A stretch of 63,892 bases of DNA from a virus (lineage: Duplodnaviria; Caudoviricetes), in IMG/VR virus record IMGVR_UViG_3300009514_000024, positions 1 through 63,892 of that record. One strand, 5' to 3'. The notes under the pieces were generated by a model, which was not told the DNA's origin, made no database searches, and was given only the letters and a program-made list of their open reading frames with translations. The position numbers and the translations under genes are program-made. Of this stretch, positions 16,368 to 26,301 are shown piece by piece. The number at the start of each line of letters is the position of its first letter. The stretch's first letter is position 1.

Positions 16368-16489
16368 GATGTGTAAAGCCTGTGTGTCTTATTACTGTCT
16401 GGTATTTTTTCTAGAAACCCCCTCTTTTTTTTTGTTTAATTAGTTTAGATTATAGTATAAGTTTATTATCCCATAGTACAAACTTTTTT

Positions 16490-17203
16490 TTAAAAAAGTT
16501 TTTCCACTGTTTGGTAGAGTATTTGATACTGACCCAAATCTTGATCATGATGCCAGTGACCGCAGTATCCTTTAGTGTATTCTACCTTCTGGTGAACCTC
16601 TTCAAGATAGTCACAAGTGTAGTCACGCCACTTCTGGTTCATCCAGAAGTCAAAACGAAAAAAACCTTGAAAAGATTTGGGGATAGTGTGACTCAAAATA
16701 AAGTCTACCTTATTATTATACTTATCTAAGTTCTCAAAACCAAGTTCCATTTCTTTGTGTGATGGTCTTTCTTCTCTCCACCATGATAACCCAAGTGTAC
16801 GGTGTTCTTTGTCTATAGATAAAGCTCCACCCATTGTGAAGAAAGTCTTGCCTTGAATATTATAAATGTGACCTCTTTTTAAATGATATATACTATCTGA
16901 CACTTTTCCGACCTTACTGCCGAACATTTCTACTTCTGGTAACCTGCCTAATCTCTCATGGTTCTCATGGTTTCCATCTATAAATAAAGTAGTCCAAGGC
17001 TTATTATTGAGCCAATTTGTCCAATATTTTTCAGTTTCGTCTATTTCATTAGCCCAGAGTAAACCGAAATCTCCCAATTGAATTAAAACATCTTCTTTGG
17101 TGAGTTTCAAACCTTCGGGAAAGTTTTTTGAATTTAATTTTCTGATATCGTGAGGAATGTGTGTATCCCCCGTTACCCATACTGACATTGTGTGGTACTC
17201 CAA
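16490..17203 (-). CDS. Calcineurin-like metallophosphoesterase
   Basis: GDTH, LGDFG, DGNHEN, GHWH motifs. Confidence 0.85.
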   Translation of the reverse strand: MEYHTMSVWVTGDTHIPHDIRKLNSKNFPEGLKLTKEDVLIQLGDFGLLWANEIDETEKYWTNWLNNKPWTTLFIDGNHENHERLGRLPEVEMFGSKVGKVSDSIYHLKRGHIYNIQGKTFFTMGGALSIDKEHRTLGLSWWREERPSHKEMELGFENLDKYNNKVDFILSHTIPKSFQGFFRFDFWMNQKWRDYTCDYLEEVHQKVEYTKGYCGHWHHDQDLGQYQILYQTVEKLF

Positions 17204-17290
17204 TCATTTCTTCCTAAGAACTTACCCTCTTTAGTTTGGTTACTAGCCTGTTTTTTGGACTTTTATTTAAAATCTTTTTTCAGATTTTTG

Positions 17291-17319
17291 TTGCGGTGAA
17301 TTTTTGATTGAATTATATT
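17291..17319 (+). promoter_or_regulatory. Sigma70-like early promoter
   Basis: TTGCGG-N17-TATATT upstream of the first plus-strand gene. Confidence 0.5.
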
Positions 17320-17353
17320 TCAGGGGTAGGTAAACTTATAAAGGAGAAAAAGG

Positions 17354-17536
17354 ATGATAGAAAATAGAGTGGTTGTTTATGAAAACGGAAAAGCTATATC
17401 TAAAACTTTTGAGAAAGAGATAGATGCTAAACTTTTCATAAAAGATAAATTGGCTAAGAATCCGAAAAACTATTATTCATGGAACACTATGGATATGGTT
17501 CTTTTTGATAACAGATTAGAGGTACTTCATGGATAG
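17354..17536 (+). CDS. Hypothetical early protein
   Basis: AAGGAG ribosome-binding site. Confidence 0.6.
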   Translation: MIENRVVVYENGKAISKTFEKEIDAKLFIKDKLAKNPKNYYSWNTMDMVLFDNRLEVLHG

Positions 17537-17688
17537 TGTAATGGAAGAAGCTCTGGATGTGCTCGAAAGAATGTGGAAATATCTAGATGAAATCAATGAG
17601 CAACAAAAGCGATATATCGCCAGACCATAAAAAAGATTCAAAACAGGTGAAATTGGGATTTTTTAGCCCTTTTTTTTATCTTTCAGAC

Positions 17689-17717
17689 TTGTTTTATCAG
17701 ATTTATAATGCTATATT
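17689..17717 (+). promoter_or_regulatory. Sigma70-like early promoter (extended -10)
   Basis: TTGTTT-N17-TATATT with TG; shares core with 19195 and 22634. Confidence 0.65.
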
Positions 17718-17743
17718 GATAGTAGAGATAATAAGGAGACAAG

Positions 17744-18943
17744 ATGGAAAAAATAGAAATCGAAAAAGGGGCAGAAAAAACTTTCCTTGAGAAAGTCGCC
17801 AAGCTCCAAAAGAAAATAGACATCAAACTCCTGAATCGTTCCGTTGAAAAGAAAGAAAAAGAACGGACTGATTTGTTTGGAAACAAAAGAATAATAACTT
17901 GGAATGTTATTTCTTATGATGTTGAGTTCCCCGAAATATATCAGATAGAAGGTTTTGAATTCTTAGGTGGCCTGACCGATTCTGATGGGATGGTTACTTG
18001 GTTTTCAAAAGGTGAAGGCGAAGCAAATCTCCACAGTGAGGTAGATGAAAATATGGTTTTCAAATGCTACCACTGTAATAAAACAATGCAGAATAGAAAC
18101 AACCGCCTGTTCTTCAAAAAAGAAAACGAAGGGATTATTTCTTTTGGTGTTAAGTGTGCGGAGAATTACTTCGGAATTGATGTTTACAAAAAACTGCGGT
18201 CTGCTTCCTTTGTGTGGAATTCGATGGTTGATGAATTCGGTGGGGGGAGTTTTGGTTACAACTTTGAAGAAGCCCACAACAATGCGGTGGATTTTTGTTT
18301 AATCTGGTTCGGGAATAACAAAGGTTATGTTTCACAGGCTAAAGCGGAAAGCGGTGGACAGGGGGCGACTTCTTGGGAAGCGGATTATTTCTGCCCACCA
18401 CATAGCCCCACTTTAAGACAAAGAGATTTAGACGAAATTCATGCTTTCTGGGATTCTAACCCTTACACTCCCGAAGAAATGGATTCCCTGAAAAAAAAGA
18501 TTTACAAATACTACGAAGAAAAAGAAGTGAAATCTGATTTCGATAGAAACCTGAAAAACCTTTTTGAAATGAGAGGGGCGAAAATCGGACTTCTGGTTTA
18601 TGGGGTTTATGCTTACTTCAAAGACATTGAAAAAATGGAAGAAGAAAAGCGGAACCCTAAATTTGTTCCTGAATGGTTTGAAGGGGAAGAAGTTGAAAAC
18701 ATGGCTGTCACTTTTAAAGACATCAAGTGGTTTGAAGGTCAGTTCGGTGCGACAGCATTAGTGACCCTGCTTTCAGAGAGAAACTGTTTCAAGTGGTTCA
18801 CCTCTTCAGGGAAACTAGATAACTTTGAAAAAGGTAAAGAATATCTCCTGACTAAAGCGACAGTCCGAAAACGGGATGAATTTAAAGGTTACAAAACAAC
18901 GGTAATCAAAACACGATTCAACTGGCTGAAAGAGGTTTCATAA
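17744..18943 (+). CDS. Hypothetical early protein (central zinc-binding motif, C-terminal OB-fold-like region)
   Basis: CYHC...GVKC; C-terminal FGATALVTL...FKWFTS...ATVRKRDEFKGYKTT; strong ribosome-binding site. Confidence 0.65.
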   Translation: MEKIEIEKGAEKTFLEKVAKLQKKIDIKLLNRSVEKKEKERTDLFGNKRIITWNVISYDVEFPEIYQIEGFEFLGGLTDSDGMVTWFSKGEGEANLHSEVDENMVFKCYHCNKTMQNRNNRLFFKKENEGIISFGVKCAENYFGIDVYKKLRSASFVWNSMVDEFGGGSFGYNFEEAHNNAVDFCLIWFGNNKGYVSQAKAESGGQGATSWEADYFCPPHSPTLRQRDLDEIHAFWDSNPYTPEEMDSLKKKIYKYYEEKEVKSDFDRNLKNLFEMRGAKIGLLVYGVYAYFKDIEKMEEEKRNPKFVPEWFEGEEVENMAVTFKDIKWFEGQFGATALVTLLSERNCFKWFTSSGKLDNFEKGKEYLLTKATVRKRDEFKGYKTTVIKTRFNWLKEVS

Positions 18944-19191
18944 TGATACTGGCTTACGAAAACAAAAAACCTATCACTGCCAACGATAAGGCCAAAGAAA
19001 TTATTGATAATGATTTCAATGCTTTGGGTGATAACTGGAAGAATAAAACCGTAGGTGATGATATCCTTCAAATGACACCAGAAGAACTAAAACAGGTGGA
19101 AGAAGCATTATCAAAGAAACTGGCCAGTATTCGGAAACACCTTGGACTAGATAAGGTGGCATTTTTAAAGAAAATAGGGGAAATATCATAA
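18943..19191 (+). CDS. Hypothetical protein
   Basis: TAATG translational coupling. Confidence 0.6.
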   Translation: MILAYENKKPITANDKAKEIIDNDFNALGDNWKNKTVGDDILQMTPEELKQVEEALSKKLASIRKHLGLDKVAFLKKIGEIS

Positions 19192-19194
19192 AAC

Positions 19195-19223
19195 TTGACA
19201 CCTGAGATTTAAAATGCTAGATT
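19195..19223 (+). promoter_or_regulatory. Sigma70-like early promoter (extended -10)
   Basis: TTGACA-N17-TAGATT with TG motif. Confidence 0.8.
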
Positions 19224-19263
19224 AAAGGTAGATGGTTGAGAGATTCAAAAAAGGAGAAGGAAA

Positions 19264-19914
19264 ATGAAAGCAGAAGAAATCAAAAAAATCGAAGAAGGAA
19301 TCAAAAAAGTCGAAAAAGTTGACTTTGAATCCTTCTACGGTAACGCAGGAGAAATAATCAAGGTCAATTATCAAAATTACATTTTTACTGTGTACTGGCT
19401 GAAAGAGAAAAACACTTACGGTGTTATCGGTTATGCTGATGTTAAGAAAAAAGGAGTAGTTAGATATCGCAACAGCATGGTTGGTTATTCTTTCAAATAC
19501 TTTGAACAGGTGAAAAAATACTTCTCTAATGAAATCGAAAAAATTGACCGAATCGTTGAACGAAGAGAAGCCAAGAAAAAAGCAAGAGCCGAAATGAAAG
19601 CGAAAGGTAACCCTTACAAAGTCGGTCAAATCTTTTACAACTCTTGGGGTTGGGAACAGACCAATATCGACTATTACCAGATTGTGCGGGTGACTCAGGC
19701 AAGTATTTTTGTTCGCCAGATTGGTAAAAAGGATCGAGAAGAAACAGGGTTCATGTCTTACAATACCAGACCTGCGAAAGATGAATTTATCGGGCCTGAA
19801 GAACGAAAAACAGTTTCTTACTATGATGGCGGGAAACCTTACATCGGGTCAAAATACGGTTGTATGACTCTGACCACTGAAGAAGAATCCCACAACGAAA
19901 CCCACTACGCATAA
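19264..19914 (+). CDS. Hypothetical early protein
   Basis: GQIFYNSWGWEQTNIDYYQIV motif; AAGGAG ribosome-binding site. Confidence 0.7.
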   Translation: MKAEEIKKIEEGIKKVEKVDFESFYGNAGEIIKVNYQNYIFTVYWLKEKNTYGVIGYADVKKKGVVRYRNSMVGYSFKYFEQVKKYFSNEIEKIDRIVERREAKKKARAEMKAKGNPYKVGQIFYNSWGWEQTNIDYYQIVRVTQASIFVRQIGKKDREETGFMSYNTRPAKDEFIGPEERKTVSYYDGGKPYIGSKYGCMTLTTEEESHNETHYA

Positions 19915-19921
19915 TAAACCT

Positions 19922-20296
19922 GTGTGTAACATGACCAAAAAAACCAGTAAGCTAAAGCGGGTGACAAAAAAGGCCACCAGAGCATTTGTAAAGATCAAAA
20001 TAGCCACCAATGAACAATGGATGCTCAATAGCTTACTGAAAATTTATGAGTACCAAACGGCCTCTGAGAAGGCAATAGGAGAAACCTACTTCACCAACGG
20101 AGTAGGCTTTTCTGGTCTGGATTCACGAATATTATCTTCACTGGCCCAACAATACAAGAGCCATAAGTGGATGTCATTAAAACAAAAAGCGATTGCTTTT
20201 AAACTCATGCCGAAGTATTATCAACAAATAATTAATATTTCTGATAAAGTTAAATTGGAAAAACTAGTAAGGGAATCAAATGAACACACAGTTTAA
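19922..20296 (+). CDS. Hypothetical protein
   Basis: YQTASE...NGVGFSGLD...LSLKQ motif seen in phage proteins. Confidence 0.6.
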   Translation: MCNMTKKTSKLKRVTKKATRAFVKIKIATNEQWMLNSLLKIYEYQTASEKAIGETYFTNGVGFSGLDSRILSSLAQQYKSHKWMSLKQKAIAFKLMPKYYQQIINISDKVKLEKLVRESNEHTV

Positions 20297-21695
20297 AAAT
20301 TACTACCCTACCCCTAAAAGTGTAATCCGAAAAATGGTAGGCGAAATTGAACATAAGAAAGAACACGACAGTATAAGGATACTGGAACCCTCCGCAGGGA
20401 AAGGTCACATTCTGGATTACATTTCCGAAAATATGCAATATCGGGATGTAAAATTATTCTGTATAGAACAGGAACCAGAGTTCCAACTGATTCTAAGGGA
20501 AAAAGATTATCATTTCTTAGATAATGATTTCCTGACCTTTTCTCCTGATTGTACTTTTGACTATATCATAATGAACCCGCCCTTTGATAACGGAATTAAA
20601 CACTTTTTGAAGGCTTGGGAAATCGCTTCTGATACTGAAATATGTTGTCTGTTAAATGCTGAAGATATCAATAACCTCAACACAGCACCTAAGAAACTTC
20701 TCAAAAAGATATTAGAAGATAACAATGGTTCTGTAGAGCACCTTGGAGACTGTTTCAGAGACTCTGAAAGGGTTACTGGGGTAAATGTTGCAATGGTGCG
20801 GGTGACTAGGAAAAATCAGTCAGAATATTCCTATGAGTTTACAAAGCATTTTGATCAAGAGAAGAAATTCAGTATCAACGATATAGACAATACTGCAATA
20901 GCGAATCGGGATGTTTTCGGGAACATGGAAATCAGATACAACAAGATTCGAGAGTGTTTCAAACGGCTGATTGAAGTCAAGAAAGAAATGGAGCATTACT
21001 CTAGCGACCTGCTTGATATTAATTTGGTTAATTTATTCGCAAAAGAAAATATGTCTGATATTGAAATATTCAACAATGCCTGTGATTCAATCAGAGAAAA
21101 TGCTTGGAAGAATGTTTTCGACAACACCAAATTGAGAAATGTGGTTACCACCAATATTCAGAAGAAGATTGCAGACCTTCAAAGTAAACAAGGCCACATG
21201 GCTTTCACTGCCAAAAACATGGAAAATATGTACATGGACTTGTTTCAAAACATGAACAATATAATGAAAGATTGTATTGTGGAATCCTTCGACCTTCTGA
21301 CTAAATATTACAAAGAAAACCGTTGTCATGTAGAAGGGTGGAAAACCAATGAACGGTTCTACATTAATAAGAAGTTCATATTACCAATGAGTGTAGATCC
21401 AACATGGTCAAGATTTTCAGATTATGTTCACCTGAATTATGAAAGGGGTAGAGAACTGGTAGATATAGAAAAGGCTATGTGTTTTTTAACAAACCAGAAA
21501 ATCGAAGATATTGAAACCATAGATGCTATTTTCCATAACAAGAAAGTGACAGAATATGGTAAATGGTATGACAGTACATTCTTTGAGTTTAAGGCTTTTA
21601 AGAAAGGTACAATGCACTTTAAATTCAAATCAGAAGAACTCTGGGCCAAATTTAATGTAACGGCTTGTGAAGGGAAAAACTGGATAGGCTTTTAA
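20280..21695 (+). CDS. SAM-dependent N6-adenine methyltransferase-like protein with DUF4942-like C-terminus
   Basis: YYPTP, LEPSAGKG, IMNPPF; C-terminal GWKTN and FKKGTMHFKF. Confidence 0.8.
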   Translation: MNTQFKNYYPTPKSVIRKMVGEIEHKKEHDSIRILEPSAGKGHILDYISENMQYRDVKLFCIEQEPEFQLILREKDYHFLDNDFLTFSPDCTFDYIIMNPPFDNGIKHFLKAWEIASDTEICCLLNAEDINNLNTAPKKLLKKILEDNNGSVEHLGDCFRDSERVTGVNVAMVRVTRKNQSEYSYEFTKHFDQEKKFSINDIDNTAIANRDVFGNMEIRYNKIRECFKRLIEVKKEMEHYSSDLLDINLVNLFAKENMSDIEIFNNACDSIRENAWKNVFDNTKLRNVVTTNIQKKIADLQSKQGHMAFTAKNMENMYMDLFQNMNNIMKDCIVESFDLLTKYYKENRCHVEGWKTNERFYINKKFILPMSVDPTWSRFSDYVHLNYERGRELVDIEKAMCFLTNQKIEDIETIDAIFHNKKVTEYGKWYDSTFFEFKAFKKGTMHFKFKSEELWAKFNVTACEGKNWIGF

Positions 21696-21708
21696 TAAGG
21701 AGTAGAAA

Positions 21709-21933
21709 ATGGTAAAGGTGATTAAAGAAGTTGAAGTCGAGACTAAGACCCCACTAGAAATCGAAGAAATGTATGCAAATTTAACCCGCCTGAAAAAAAT
21801 AAATGTTCTGTGGGAAGCGTTAGATTTCATGCAACAGTATAATGAAAGAACCAGATTCGATTGTGTAGCAATGGCTATGGGTTATCAGGATATAGAAGGT
21901 CTTGGGAAAGAATATGTTAAAATGGGAGATTAA
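21709..21933 (+). CDS. Hypothetical protein
   Basis: AAGGAG ribosome-binding site. Confidence 0.6.
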   Translation: MVKVIKEVEVETKTPLEIEEMYANLTRLKKINVLWEALDFMQQYNERTRFDCVAMAMGYQDIEGLGKEYVKMGD

Positions 21934-22280
21934 ATAAAAAGTTTGTCATACTTTCTAACTATTTCATTCAGATCGTTTTTTTCTGGTTCTAATTTTATAT
22001 CTGATTTTATTTTCCGACCTAAGATATCAACTTCTTTATCAAAGTTATCCCAAAAATCTTCTTCACCTTCTTTTAACGCTTTAGTAAATGTAGTGGTCAG
22101 AGAGATTAATATTTTTGTAATAGCATATAGTTCCCTTGGCTCAACTTCTTTCAAATTTTCGGCCAACGGTTCCCCATTGTTGTCTGTTAAAGTGTATATA
22201 ACCTTATGAACAATTCCCTCTTTCTCTGCATTATAATGCAAAGAAAATTTCAAATCTCTTTCAGGTTTTTCATATTCCAT
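21930..22280 (-). CDS. Hypothetical protein
   Basis: ORF; second gene of a small minus-strand pair. Confidence 0.55.
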   Translation of the reverse strand: MEYEKPERDLKFSLHYNAEKEGIVHKVIYTLTDNNGEPLAENLKEVEPRELYAITKILISLTTTFTKALKEGEEDFWDNFDKEVDILGRKIKSDIKLEPEKNDLNEIVRKYDKLFI

Positions 22281-22285
22281 ATTAA

Positions 22286-22513
22286 TCAGTCCAATTTGGG
22301 TGCTTTTTCTTTTATCACTTTAAAATCATTTCGAGTATCTACTATTTGATACCACTTCATAAATGTTCCATATCTTATCAGATGTTCAATGACATTACTT
22401 TCACTATGATACCATTTTTTTTCCAATTTATCAAATCCTTCATCACTTCTTATAGAATAATTAGCAGGGCAATACAGTCGATATCTTGGTTTTGGTTTTT
22501 CTTCGTTATTCAT
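22286..22513 (-). CDS. Hypothetical protein
   Basis: ORF downstream of a variant bipartite promoter at 22541-22585. Confidence 0.55.
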   Translation of the reverse strand: MNNEEKPKPRYRLYCPANYSIRSDEGFDKLEKKWYHSESNVIEHLIRYGTFMKWYQIVDTRNDFKVIKEKAPKLD

Positions 22514-22633
22514 AATAATGTTCCGTATAGTTATTTATCTTTTAACATATATTCTTTATTTGAAAAATATTCGGTTTTTTGGTATAAATTTAAAAAATTG
22601 TTAAAAAAGGGCAAAAATTAATCATTTTGTTCC

Positions 22634-22662
22634 TTGAAACTTTAGATTTAAAATGCTAGATT
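22634..22662 (+). promoter_or_regulatory. Sigma70-like early promoter (extended -10)
   Basis: TTGAAA-N17-TAGATT; near-identical to 19195. Confidence 0.8.
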
Positions 22663-22699
22663 AATAGTAGATGGTAAAAGACAAAAAAAGGAGAAACGA

Positions 22700-23677
22700 A
22701 TGACTAAAAAAATTAAAAAGAAATTTGAAAAAAAAGACCCATATGAAGTTATCACAAATCGGATAATCGAAATTATGGAAAAGGGTAACGTTCCTTGGAA
22801 AAAAACTTGGCAGGGGGGTTCAAATCTACCTGCAAATCTGGTATCTTTCCGAAAGGATAAAACAACCTACTCAGGATTGAATGTTTTTACTCTTTCTTCA
22901 ATGGGTTATTCTTCCCGCTTCTGGTTGACTTTTAAACAGGGCCAAGATTTGGGTGGAATGGTTAAGAAAGGAGAAAAAGGTTTCCCTGTTGTCTATTTCA
23001 ATCTTTTAGAAAAAGACAAAAAAAACAATGAAGGAAAAACAATCAAAGATGCAAACGGAGAAAATGTAAAAACAAAAATTCCTCTGCTCCGTTATCATAC
23101 AGTTTTTAACACCGAACAGTTTACGGGAATTGAGGTTCCTGAACTGGAAGTTAAAGAACCGATTGTTTTTAATCCGATTGAGTCTGCCGAAAAGATTGTT
23201 AAAGGTTATATTGGAAAACCCGAAATCAAACATGGCGGGGAACGAGCTTGTTATTCTCCTATGCAGGATATTGTCAAGATGCCACCAAAAGAATGTTTTG
23301 TTGGTGAGGAAGAATATTACTCAACTCTTTTCCATGAACTGGTTCACTCTACTGGACATAAAAATCGTTTGAATCGGGAAGAAATACAGAACTTTCACTT
23401 CTTCGGTGATGAAAACTATTCTAAAGAAGAACTCACTGCGGAAATGGGAGCTACCTTTCTTATCTCTGAAGCAGGGATATCAACGGAAGCAACCATGAAA
23501 AACTCAGTAGCTTACCTTCAGAACTGGATAAACGCTCTGAGGAACGATAAGACTCTGATTGTTCGGGCCAGTACGCTTGCTAAGAAAGCAGTGAATAAAA
23601 TACTTGGAGTTAAAGAAAAAGATTACTCCAAAGAAAACGAATCAGTCAAAAAAAAGAAACTTGAAACTGTTTCTTGA
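22700..23677 (+). CDS. ardC: ArdC-family antirestriction protein (ssDNA-binding plus zincin-like domain)
   Basis: VPWKKTW, YSGLN, WLTFKQ, VFNTEQ, TLFHELVHSTGH, YSKEELTAE, AYLQNWI. Confidence 0.9.
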   Translation: MTKKIKKKFEKKDPYEVITNRIIEIMEKGNVPWKKTWQGGSNLPANLVSFRKDKTTYSGLNVFTLSSMGYSSRFWLTFKQGQDLGGMVKKGEKGFPVVYFNLLEKDKKNNEGKTIKDANGENVKTKIPLLRYHTVFNTEQFTGIEVPELEVKEPIVFNPIESAEKIVKGYIGKPEIKHGGERACYSPMQDIVKMPPKECFVGEEEYYSTLFHELVHSTGHKNRLNREEIQNFHFFGDENYSKEELTAEMGATFLISEAGISTEATMKNSVAYLQNWINALRNDKTLIVRASTLAKKAVNKILGVKEKDYSKENESVKKKKLETVS

Positions 23678-23735
23678 TTTTAAACTTTAACTTGAGAAGG
23701 CTATTAATTAGTCTTCTCTTTTTATAAGGCAAAAC

Positions 23736-23957
23736 ATGGCAAGAAAATCTAACATAACTTCACAGCAGTTAAGGGAAAGAGCAACAGAACTGATTGAAGA
23801 AGAACATATCATTGTTAAAAAATGTGCAGAATATCTAAAACGACCATTTGAAGAAATCAAATATACTAATATGCTTTTTGAACAAGTTGTGGATGCTTTA
23901 AAGAATGGAATACCTACCAAAAATGAACCCGAAGCAGTAGAAAATGAAAAATTTTAA
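23736..23957 (+). CDS. Hypothetical protein
   Basis: ORF in plus-strand block. Confidence 0.55.
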   Translation: MARKSNITSQQLRERATELIEEEHIIVKKCAEYLKRPFEEIKYTNMLFEQVVDALKNGIPTKNEPEAVENEKF

Positions 23958-24153
23958 AGCAGGAAGAATATATTTTACAAACAATGCTAAACTAATCCTA
24001 TATGACAGTGAAACAGAAGAAGAGGTGGTTTGCTATGAACTTAAAAATAATGATGCATTCTCTTTCAGCACAATAGAAGAAATCGTAAAAAAAGATCATG
24101 GCTATCGGATTGTTAATTTAAAAAAAGTAGGGGATACTTGGATGATAATTTAA
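23944..24153 (+). CDS. Hypothetical protein
   Basis: Overlapping operonic ORF. Confidence 0.5.
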   Translation: MKNFKAGRIYFTNNAKLILYDSETEEEVVCYELKNNDAFSFSTIEEIVKKDHGYRIVNLKKVGDTWMII

Positions 24154-24440
24154 TTAAACAAACTGTTATGATATACCTGCTTATACTTATACTTATACTA
24201 GTATCCGTTATCATGGGTAAAGATTTCCATATTGATACTGTGTTTATACCCACATTCGCCAAGGGAGTGGTTACGGACTCATTTCTGGTTACTAGATTTG
24301 ATACCTTTAATCTGGCTAAACCTGTCAGAGTAATTGATACAGTAGGATCTTTTGGTGGATCTAAAATAATCAGGCGGGAAAGAACTGTAATATATCATGA
24401 TACTTTAACAAGATTCGATACCACTTTTTTTAACAATTAG
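24138..24440 (+). CDS. Hypothetical membrane or secreted protein
   Basis: Hydrophobic N-terminus; TRFDT occurs twice. Confidence 0.5.
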   Translation: MDDNLIKQTVMIYLLILILILVSVIMGKDFHIDTVFIPTFAKGVVTDSFLVTRFDTFNLAKPVRVIDTVGSFGGSKIIRRERTVIYHDTLTRFDTTFFNN

Positions 24441-24452
24441 GAGAAATCAGAA

Positions 24453-24866
24453 ATGGCAAAACAAAACTCAAAAGAATACAAAGGGTATTCCTTATCAAAA
24501 AAATACCCCGAAATGTCAAAAATGATTATTGATCAACCTTTAATAACTTATGGTCAATATGTTGAAAAGGTCGGAAAACGGAAAGCCAAAGAAGCATCTG
24601 TTTTCAATTCCGTAAGACTCCGACATAGGAAACAGGGACTAGAAACAAGTACTATCTCCAAAACCTTTAAAAAAAAGATGTATGAACTGATAAGTAAAAC
24701 TAAAAATTTGAATGACTTGTCTAGTTCAGAAGAAATATTTAACTTCATCAAAGATGAAATTTTGGAGCCAATAAACAAAAACCAGAAGGGATTCAAGTTT
24801 GAATGCGTACCTGAAGGTTTTTCTCAAGACGTTACCTTGAGATTGGAAATGCATTCTGCACGATAA
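24453..24866 (+). CDS. Hypothetical protein
   Basis: AGGAG ribosome-binding site. Confidence 0.6.
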   Translation: MAKQNSKEYKGYSLSKKYPEMSKMIIDQPLITYGQYVEKVGKRKAKEASVFNSVRLRHRKQGLETSTISKTFKKKMYELISKTKNLNDLSSSEEIFNFIKDEILEPINKNQKGFKFECVPEGFSQDVTLRLEMHSAR

Positions 24867-24895
24867 CAGAAACTTTCATTTAACAAGGAGTAGTT

Positions 24896-25303
24896 ATGAC
24901 AACTGCAACCCAAACAACATCCCGAACCTCTTTTGGTCAGATCCAAAGAGCTTTGGAGCCACAGGGAAAATTCCACTTTGAACAGAATAAAGACACCCTC
25001 TTTATCACCAGACAAATTGGTGGAAAGATGATAACTTGTTCTCTGTCAAAGCAGGAAAACAAATCCAAACTGGAATTGAATTTTGATTATCAAGGTCAAT
25101 CTTCAATCTCATATCTCGATTTGAGAAAACCAGAACGGAAGGTCACCAGAAACAAAGGCACATGGCAGATATTTTTTGAAGCCTTTAAAAGATCCGAAGT
25201 GATGCACCATATTGACCTGCATTCTATTGTGATCAATTCAAACTGTCGAAAATACACCAAACGCAAAAAAGAGAAGTTCCTTTCAGAACTTATTGGCGTT
25301 TAG
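24896..25303 (+). CDS. Hypothetical protein
   Basis: AAGGAG ribosome-binding site. Confidence 0.6.
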   Translation: MTTATQTTSRTSFGQIQRALEPQGKFHFEQNKDTLFITRQIGGKMITCSLSKQENKSKLELNFDYQGQSSISYLDLRKPERKVTRNKGTWQIFFEAFKRSEVMHHIDLHSIVINSNCRKYTKRKKEKFLSELIGV

Positions 25304-25330
25304 TATAAAACAGATAACCTGTCAATAATT

Positions 25331-25359
25331 AAAAGGAGCCATTTTTGGCTCCTTTTTTT
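25331..25359. terminator. Bidirectional intrinsic terminator between convergent blocks
   Basis: AAAAGGAGCC-ATTTTT-GGCTCCTTTTTTT hairpin. Confidence 0.85.
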
Positions 25360-25402
25360 ATGTTACCAGATTCATTTTCAAACGATTTCTGGCCTTATCT
25401 TT

Positions 25403-25777
25403 TTAGGTGGCGGTCTGGGTGTTGTCTGACAGAATTTGAGGCTTTATGGTGCCTAATAGGCGTTTCTTGATGGCTTTTATTAGTGTACCGTAGTGAAACT
25501 TCCCATCCATGTCGTGAAACCTGTTTCTTTTAATCCAATCGCACCTGATGAATATCCGTTTTCCGTCTGGATTGTGCTTAGATTTCTTGGTAAATCTGAT
25601 ATCAAAAGATACCCCAGAGGGTATTTCACCAAAGGTTTTAAGTAACTGGGTTTCAATCAGCTTTTTTTTGGCTCCGTATTCCATAGCAGAAACATCTAGA
25701 ACAATTAGACGTTTTCTTAACACCTTATTTTTATTAAATGTTGTTTTGCTGGTAGCAACCTTATTAAGATCAACCAT
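25403..25777 (-). CDS. Hypothetical basic protein
   Basis: AGGAG ribosome-binding site. Confidence 0.6.
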   Translation of the reverse strand: MVDLNKVATSKTTFNKNKVLRKRLIVLDVSAMEYGAKKKLIETQLLKTFGEIPSGVSFDIRFTKKSKHNPDGKRIFIRCDWIKRNRFHDMDGKFHYGTLIKAIKKRLLGTIKPQILSDNTQTAT

Positions 25778-25780
25778 ATC

Positions 25781-26218
25781 TTAATCTCCTTTTTTACTAT
25801 CTAAATCATCCTTAGTAAAGACTCCAAGTTCATTTAGAGCATCATCCAAATTGCTCTTTGTATATAATTCGTCTAGCTCTTTCTGTAAAGCCGTTGATTG
25901 AGGTTTCGGTTCGATAGATTTTCTGCCTTCTTCCTCAAGTTCCGTCTGTTCCTGTTTTTCCATTGCGGGTTTAAGAATAAAGGAAACATAACAGGCCATT
26001 ATGAATTGTCTAAATCCTAGATTCATTATCATATCTTTTTTCTCTTTTACACTCTTAATATAAATCTCGAAAAGAATTTCTTCATATTCTTCAGAGAACT
26101 CTGTTAGCTTTTCATACCCACCTTCAGAGTTTAATAGTTTGTTTATGAACAAAAGAAACTCTATCTGACTAGAATCTTCCAGTTTATCCCATACACTCTC
26201 ATAGTTTATTTCTTCCAT
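25781..26218 (-). CDS. Hypothetical acidic protein
   Basis: GAGG ribosome-binding site. Confidence 0.6.
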   Translation of the reverse strand: MEEINYESVWDKLEDSSQIEFLLFINKLLNSEGGYEKLTEFSEEYEEILFEIYIKSVKEKKDMIMNLGFRQFIMACYVSFILKPAMEKQEQTELEEEGRKSIEPKPQSTALQKELDELYTKSNLDDALNELGVFTKDDLDSKKGD

Positions 26219-26301
26219 TTTACCTCTATAGTTTTTTCTACATTTTATTTATACCTTTTTTCTGAATATACGTTTTTAGAGTTTGAAAAAAAGTTTTTTA
26301 T

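Noticed and set aside
16370-16395. Short similarity to 15490-15510 (GTGTGTCTTATT) flanking the sigma gene
   Set aside because: Only about 12 nt in AT-rich DNA; insufficient to call a target-site duplication.
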